The notes under the pieces were generated by a model. That model was not told where the DNA came from. It worked only from the letters and a program-made list of their open reading frames with translations, and ran no database searches. DNA of 64,000 nt from contig OZ242164.1 of assembly GCA_965205335.1 (NCBI GenBank), positions 192,001 through 256,000 of the forward strand. The letters are read 5' to 3'. The position numbers and the translations under genes are program-made. The stretch is from Candidatus Woesearchaeota archaeon (GTDB lineage Archaea; Nanobdellota; Nanobdellia; Woesearchaeales; UBA583). The first letter of the stretch is position 1. Each line of letters begins with the position of its first letter. Shown here one piece after another: positions 58,755 through 64,000 of this stretch.

Positions 58755-59936
58755 TTATTTTCTAATTGCATCAATAATATTTATCTTTGATGCTCTATAC
58801 GCAGGAAGAAACCCTGAAATAACCCCTATTACAAACCCAAAAACAAGCAAACTACCTGCAATCTGAGGTTCTATTGCAATCTCTAAAAAAGTATACCCAC
58901 CAGCTTTAGCTGCAGCCTCAAAACCAATTGCTGCAAAAGAACCTAAAAAAATACCCAGCATTGCTCCTAAAAGCCCAAAAATGCCTGCCTGCAAAACAAA
59001 CAAAAACAAAATATCACTATTCTTAGCTCCAACTGCCTTCATTATTCCAATATCCTTCCTCTTCTCAGTAACTATAACATACATCATATTAATAATACCC
59101 AAAGCCCCCACAATCAAAGCAACAAACGCAATCCCGCCAAGACTCAACTGAACAACCCTTAAAATTGAATTTGCCTGCTCTAAAAGCTGAGTTGGAGAAT
59201 TAATATCAAAACTATCCTTACCTAACCTATTTTCCAAAAAAATACGCAAATTCTCTTCTGCAAGCTCCACATCATAACCCTCAACAATTATAACATCTGC
59301 AAACCCAACAGAATCCCCTGCATCAAAAACATCACGAATAGTATCAATATTAAAATAAATAACAGAATCATCAGGAGGGCTTCCAACAGGCTCTAACACA
59401 CCAACCACCTTAAACTTAACGCCCTTAATATACAAATTACTCCCAACAAGAACCTCTTTCTCATACAAATCCTCTGCAACAAGAGAACCTATAACTGCGC
59501 TATATCTCTCATTCTCCTTAGGAAACCTTCCCTTATCTAATCCCAAATTAAACTCATTAAACAAATCCTTAGATAAAGCAGTTGAAAAAATCTGAACATC
59601 CAAAAACTCATTACTATACTCAACCTGAGTTACTCGGGCATAATAAGGATAAACCTTATCTACATAACTCCTCTTCTCAACCAAACTAACTATATTATCA
59701 TCAAGTCCTTTGACAAAAGTATTTGACGCAATACTCTGAGCCGATGAAGTTAAATACAATCTATTAGAACCTATCTGATCAAACTGTTTCTCAATTGAAC
59801 TCTCAAAACCTGCTCCTAAAAGAAATATAACAAAAATAGTAAGAATACCAAGACTAATTGCAAAAAGAGTTAGAAAAGACGAAACCCTCCTTCTCCAAAG
59901 ATCCCTAAATACCAACCTTAAAAAATCTAATAGCAT
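58755..59936 (-). CDS. MacB/FtsX-type ABC permease
   Basis: SFLTLFAISLGI, GRF, VGALGIINMM, EKRKDIGIMKAVGA, PAYRASK. Confidence 0.92.
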   Translation of the reverse strand: MLLDFLRLVFRDLWRRRVSSFLTLFAISLGILTIFVIFLLGAGFESSIEKQFDQIGSNRLYLTSSAQSIASNTFVKGLDDNIVSLVEKRSYVDKVYPYYARVTQVEYSNEFLDVQIFSTALSKDLFNEFNLGLDKGRFPKENERYSAVIGSLVAEDLYEKEVLVGSNLYIKGVKFKVVGVLEPVGSPPDDSVIYFNIDTIRDVFDAGDSVGFADVIIVEGYDVELAEENLRIFLENRLGKDSFDINSPTQLLEQANSILRVVQLSLGGIAFVALIVGALGIINMMYVIVTEKRKDIGIMKAVGAKNSDILFLFVLQAGIFGLLGAMLGIFLGSFAAIGFEAAAKAGGYTFLEIAIEPQIAGSLLVFGFVIGVISGFLPAYRASKINIIDAIRK

Positions 59937-59941
59937 TTTAA

Positions 59942-61204
59942 CTAAGACTTAATCATCTTTCTTTTGGCTTTATTATAACCAAACCTTCTCCCAAGCAAAA
60001 ACGCCAAAATCACAAGCACAACAGTCAAAACCAAAAATCCAACTCCACCAAAATTAGAACTCCCTGAACTAATACCAAACTCTTCAAGTTCACCCTCGCT
60101 ATAAATTTTCAAAGGAAGTTCAACCAATTCTTCAACCTCTCTATTATAACTATCCAAATAATTAACTCGCGCCTTAATACTTACATCTTCACTATTCTTC
60201 AAATAAATCTGAACCTGAGCAGTCTGAAAATCATCAGGATTCAAATCCCCAATATAAGAGAAAGCCCCCGAAATTATCTCATAATCATCTGAACCCAAAA
60301 TCTCAACCTGAGTTCCCTTAATAGAACTTGTTCCAAAATTTGCTATTGCAAACGAAACCTTCCCCTTTCCAACTGAGTAAATATCCTGAGAATCCAAACT
60401 AAAAGATAATCTTGGAGTTGAATATATCCTAAAACTGCCTAAAAAATTCTTCACATATGAATTTCCTAAACTATCTTCATACAGAATTTCCACAGGCAAC
60501 AAATACGGTTTTGAATCTGCATCAGGACTTGCCATAACCTCAAGCATCACATCTTCCTTCTCGCCTGATTTAATAAGAGGAATATTAAAATTATTACTTC
60601 CACTCTTAACTGATAAAACTTTTCCCTCAACATCACTAAGTTTTAAATCCATAACAATATTCTCCAAATCAACATCACTTGGATTCTCTATGCTAATCTC
60701 AAGCATTGATGACTCCCCTGGCTTAATCTCACTAACAGAAAAATTATTCACCTGAATCACAGGATTTGCATCCTCAACCAAAACATCAAAACTATACTCA
60801 ACATTTCTATATCCTTCCAACTTAAACTTTAAAATATTCAATCCCAAAGGAGTTGTAGGCTCAACAAACACCTTATACTTTGCAATAGCATATGAACTTA
60901 TACTATCTCCAGTACTAAACCTCGGAATCAAACCTAAATCCTGTGAAATCTCACTTCCCTGTGCTATCTTAAAATTCTCATTTTCAACCATTGTCAAAAT
61001 CACATCAGAAATCTCATCAGGACCTGAATTTGAAACCTTAACATTAACAAAAACAAAATTCCCTGGAGATACAGGGTCAGGATTCTGATTTAACAAAATA
61101 ATATTAAGTCCACTCACACCCTGATCAGAATAAACATACGATACGCTAAACAATAATAAAAATACCACCATAAGCAATCTTAAACTTAATTTTCCCCAAG
61201 TCAT
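59942..61204 (-). CDS. COG1361 S-layer-domain protein
   Basis: Signal peptide, QNPDPVSPG, Ig-like repeats, YIGDLNPDDF, C-terminal TM segment. Confidence 0.82.
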   Translation of the reverse strand: MTWGKLSLRLLMVVFLLLFSVSYVYSDQGVSGLNIILLNQNPDPVSPGNFVFVNVKVSNSGPDEISDVILTMVENENFKIAQGSEISQDLGLIPRFSTGDSISSYAIAKYKVFVEPTTPLGLNILKFKLEGYRNVEYSFDVLVEDANPVIQVNNFSVSEIKPGESSMLEISIENPSDVDLENIVMDLKLSDVEGKVLSVKSGSNNFNIPLIKSGEKEDVMLEVMASPDADSKPYLLPVEILYEDSLGNSYVKNFLGSFRIYSTPRLSFSLDSQDIYSVGKGKVSFAIANFGTSSIKGTQVEILGSDDYEIISGAFSYIGDLNPDDFQTAQVQIYLKNSEDVSIKARVNYLDSYNREVEELVELPLKIYSEGELEEFGISSGSSNFGGVGFLVLTVVLVILAFLLGRRFGYNKAKRKMIKS

Positions 61205-61211
61205 CTTCGCA

Positions 61212-61922
61212 TTATAATACCTTACTATTTCTTTCATCTTTTATAACTTTTCCGTCTATTAGAGTGATAATTCTACTTGCATACCTTGACAAATTACTAT
61301 CATGTGTAACCAATATAATTGTCTTACCCAGAAAATGTAACTTTTTTAGTTCATCCATTACAATAGTTCCTGTTTTTGAGTCAAGATTTCCAGTCGGTTC
61401 ATCAGCAAGAATAATCTGAGGATCATTTGCGAGAGCTCTTGCAATAGCAACTCTTTGTTGCTGTCCTCCCGAAAGTTCTGAGGGTTTATTAATTAACTTA
61501 TCTCCCATATCCAATTTTTCAAGCAACTGCTTTGCCCTCTCAAGTCTTTGTTCTCTTGGAACTCCCTGAAAAATCATTGGAACTTCAACATTCTCAAGAG
61601 CTGATAGTGTCTTTATCAAATTAAACTTCTGAAAGATATAACCTATCTTCTTCCCCCTAATCCTTGCAAGTTCAGAATCACTTAAAGCAGAAACATCATA
61701 TCCATCCAAAATTATATTCCCTTCACTAGGGGTATCTAAGCATCCAATATGATTAACAACAGTTGTCTTTCCACAACCAGACTTTCCAACAATTGAAACA
61801 AACTCTCCATCACAAATCTTAAAACTCAAACTCTTAAGAGCATGAACTAAATTATCTCCTAAATAATAGGTTTTCCACACATTATCAAGTTCAATAACTA
61901 CATCTCTCTCTTTGACAGACAT
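61212..61922 (-). CDS. ABC ATPase (LolD/MacB family)
   Basis: GKSGCGKT, ELSGGQQQRVAIARAL, ADEPTGNLD, VTHD. Confidence 0.94.
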   Translation of the reverse strand: MSVKERDVVIELDNVWKTYYLGDNLVHALKSLSFKICDGEFVSIVGKSGCGKTTVVNHIGCLDTPSEGNIILDGYDVSALSDSELARIRGKKIGYIFQKFNLIKTLSALENVEVPMIFQGVPREQRLERAKQLLEKLDMGDKLINKPSELSGGQQQRVAIARALANDPQIILADEPTGNLDSKTGTIVMDELKKLHFLGKTIILVTHDSNLSRYASRIITLIDGKVIKDERNSKVL

Positions 61923-62031
61923 TACAGGAATTAGGACTCATATACTTATAAATATGCATATTACTATTTAGTAATAACCATTTAATATTCCAATTCTTTT
62001 CTAAATATTTTTGTAAATTTTTTATCTCAAA

Positions 62032-62461
62032 TTAAATTCTTTTTTGGACTGATTGTAAATATTTTTGATTTTTAGTTCTTAAATATTTAAACATAAAATC
62101 AGTTAATAATTGGCATTCTCTTTTTATTTTTTCTTCTTGTGAATATGTGTCTTTGCTAAAATCAGGTTGAATGTTAACATTATAATCTCCCTTCAAAACC
62201 CTAATATTATCTTCCTGAGGCTTGCATAAATCTCCTTCTTTATACCGATAAAAATGTATTGTCACAAGAACAATTTTGTCTTAAATAAAACTAAATCATA
62301 AATAGGTTTTTGAATTTTTTTTGAGTAAATTTCAACATCAAAATCTGAAAAATTTTTTATGTCTCCAAAAGCAGTTGAACCTCTTATCAATATTAAATTT
62401 GTCAGAATATTTTTTTTCTGATATAATTAAAAACTTCAGTCTTAGAATTAAATTTTTTCAT
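62032..62461 (-). pseudogene. Frameshifted Pol-beta-type nucleotidyltransferase gene
   Basis: ATG 62461 MKKFNSKTEVFNYIRKK / ILTNLILIRGSTAFGDIKNFSDFDVEIY... / DKIVLVTIHFYRY...; two apparent single-base deletions (A8 run near 62410-62417 and near 62281). Confidence 0.7.
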
Positions 62462-62500
62462 AATTTTTTTTATATTTATTAATTTATAAGTTTAATCTTA
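62451..62500. repeat. 50-bp direct repeat (promoter plus first codons), copy 1
   Basis: 47/50 identical to 63637-63686. Confidence 0.82.
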
Positions 62501-62624
62501 AAATGGTTCTGGTGTAAATTCGGTTGTTTTTTGAGAAATGGTGTCTATCGGTTGGTGTTGAAACTATTATTATAACTTTTTTCAATTTCAGTTCTATTAA
62601 ATATCATTTGCTGGAATTGTTTTT

Positions 62625-63647
62625 TCATTCCAAAACTACCTCTTTCTTTTCTCTCCAGGATTTTTCAAGTGAAAGTATGACTTCTAAAGTTTTTAACCCT
62701 TCTTCAATAGAAACTAAAGGACTTCTATTCTCAGATACTGCAGAAACAAAATCTTGAATTTGGAAAATGTGTCCATAACCATAATATTTCTTACCCAAAG
62801 TTTGAGAAGCAATTAAATCAGTCTCCTGATTAATTTTACTTATTTCATCTTCAGATTTTCCTCCCCATTTTAAAATTCTTCCATCATACAACTTAACTGC
62901 ACTCTTTTTTCCAATAATTTCAATAGTAGAACCAAATCCAGGATTTGTAGATGTTGAACAATCAATTACTCCACCTGCTCCAGAATTGTATTTTAAAATA
63001 CCAAAAGCACTATCTTCAACAGGTAATCCTTTATCAAACCTTAATTCTCCATATACAGTTTTGACTCCTCCATTAAACCAACAAGCAAGATCAATCATGT
63101 GGATTGCCTGAGTCATAAGAACACCTCCCCCACTTAGTTCTTTACTTCCATGCCAATCAAGAAAATACTCATCAGTTTTTTTCCACTTAACATTCACACT
63201 AGTAGAATATAATTTTCCTAATTCTCCTTTATCTATTGCTTTTTTTACCAATTTATTAGCATACTCAAATCTGTGTTGAAGAACTGTCCCAGAAATATTA
63301 CTTTTTTCCTTAACTAATTCTGATAATTCTGCACCTTCCTGAGAAGAAATAACTACAGGTTTTTCAACAAGAAAAGGAATTTGAGTACAAAGAGCCTCTT
63401 TGATCATTGGAAAATGGAGATAATGTGGAGTACAGATACTAATTGCATCTAAATCCATTGACAAGAATTCCTCATAGTCTTTCATCACTGAAACATCATA
63501 TAACTCTTTTGCTCGAGATAAATTTTCCTCATTTATATCACATATTGCTGAAAGATTAACACAATCCTTAAGTTTTTCGTCAAGTACTCTAGCATGAGTT
63601 TTTCCTGCACAACTAAAACCAACTATTCCATATCTTAATTTTTTCAT
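62625..63647 (-). CDS. Gfo/Idh/MocA-family oxidoreductase
   Basis: YGIVG, ICTPHYLH, LVEKP, QHRF, GGGVLMTQAIHMID, VED. Confidence 0.92.
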   Translation of the reverse strand: MKKLRYGIVGFSCAGKTHARVLDEKLKDCVNLSAICDINEENLSRAKELYDVSVMKDYEEFLSMDLDAISICTPHYLHFPMIKEALCTQIPFLVEKPVVISSQEGAELSELVKEKSNISGTVLQHRFEYANKLVKKAIDKGELGKLYSTSVNVKWKKTDEYFLDWHGSKELSGGGVLMTQAIHMIDLACWFNGGVKTVYGELRFDKGLPVEDSAFGILKYNSGAGGVIDCSTSTNPGFGSTIEIIGKKSAVKLYDGRILKWGGKSEDEISKINQETDLIASQTLGKKYYGYGHIFQIQDFVSAVSENRSPLVSIEEGLKTLEVILSLEKSWREKKEVVLE

Positions 63648-63686
63648 AATTTTTTTCACATTTATTAATTTATAAGTCTAATCTTA
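63637..63686. repeat. 50-bp direct repeat (promoter plus first codons), copy 2
   Basis: AATTTTTTCATAATTTTTTTCACATTTATTAATTTATAAGTCTAATCTTA. Confidence 0.82.
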
Positions 63687-64000
63687 GAATAAGAACTAAA
63701 AATTTCCAAAAATCAGATTTATAAATATTCTTTATACAAAAATTATATGCCAACAAAGTTACTTTCACTTGAAGACAAACACTTAAACAACTCAAAGAAA
63801 CAGCATCAATTCTTGGTTTAAATAAAGTATGACTATTAAAATTACAGTTACTTTATTAATTAAGAAAGTAAAGAATAATTTCAATGGTTTTGAGGACATA
63901 TTAACAAATAACTAAAGAAGCAATTAACCAAATTATTTCAAGAGATTTAGATGTATTAGCCAAAACAAATGATCTCTTTTACTAAATTTATTGAAAAGTT

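Noticed and set aside
63747-64000. Possible degenerate RHH-like gene (MPTKLLSLEDKHL/KQLKETASILGL)
   Set aside because: Several stops and frameshifts and cut by the window edge; cannot be supported

Overview
This is an AT-rich chromosomal segment from a small-genome archaeon. It looks DPANN-like, most plausibly Woesearchaeota-like; this is an inference from the archaeal-type 23S rRNA, eS31, uL11, Taw3, NMD3 fragment and AMP phosphorylase, and from TATA boxes about 22 nt ahead of mostly leaderless starts. Housekeeping content: GlyRS, ArgRS, SerRS, an AlaRS lacking its editing and C-Ala domains, PepA, GlmS, a glycogen cluster, a HerA-like ATPase, Zn ABC transporter plus Zur, LplA/LplB/LipA, FtsY, SOD, a VapBC-type pair, a MacB-type ABC system, three tRNAs (Arg-UCG, Thr-GGU, Ala-UGC) and a 23S rRNA gene with no adjacent 16S or 5S. 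Most notable observations: (1) an mTERF-like protein made of near-identical 96-bp/32-aa repeats that vary mainly at three residues, in TALE-like fashion; (2) a bacterial-type DTD flanked by two DUF1704/MATCAP-like carboxypeptidases next to the editing-less AlaRS; (3) an ATP-grasp + S66 peptidase + Lrp cassette bounded by 43-bp promoter-containing direct repeats, with a second promoter-containing repeat pair elsewhere; (4) two copies of a 128-bp IS1595-like MITE with 8-bp target duplications; (5) two candidate structured RNAs; (6) substitutions at normally conserved 23S functional sites; (7) several split, truncated or catalytically degenerate genes. All calls come from reading motifs by eye; no database searches were run.
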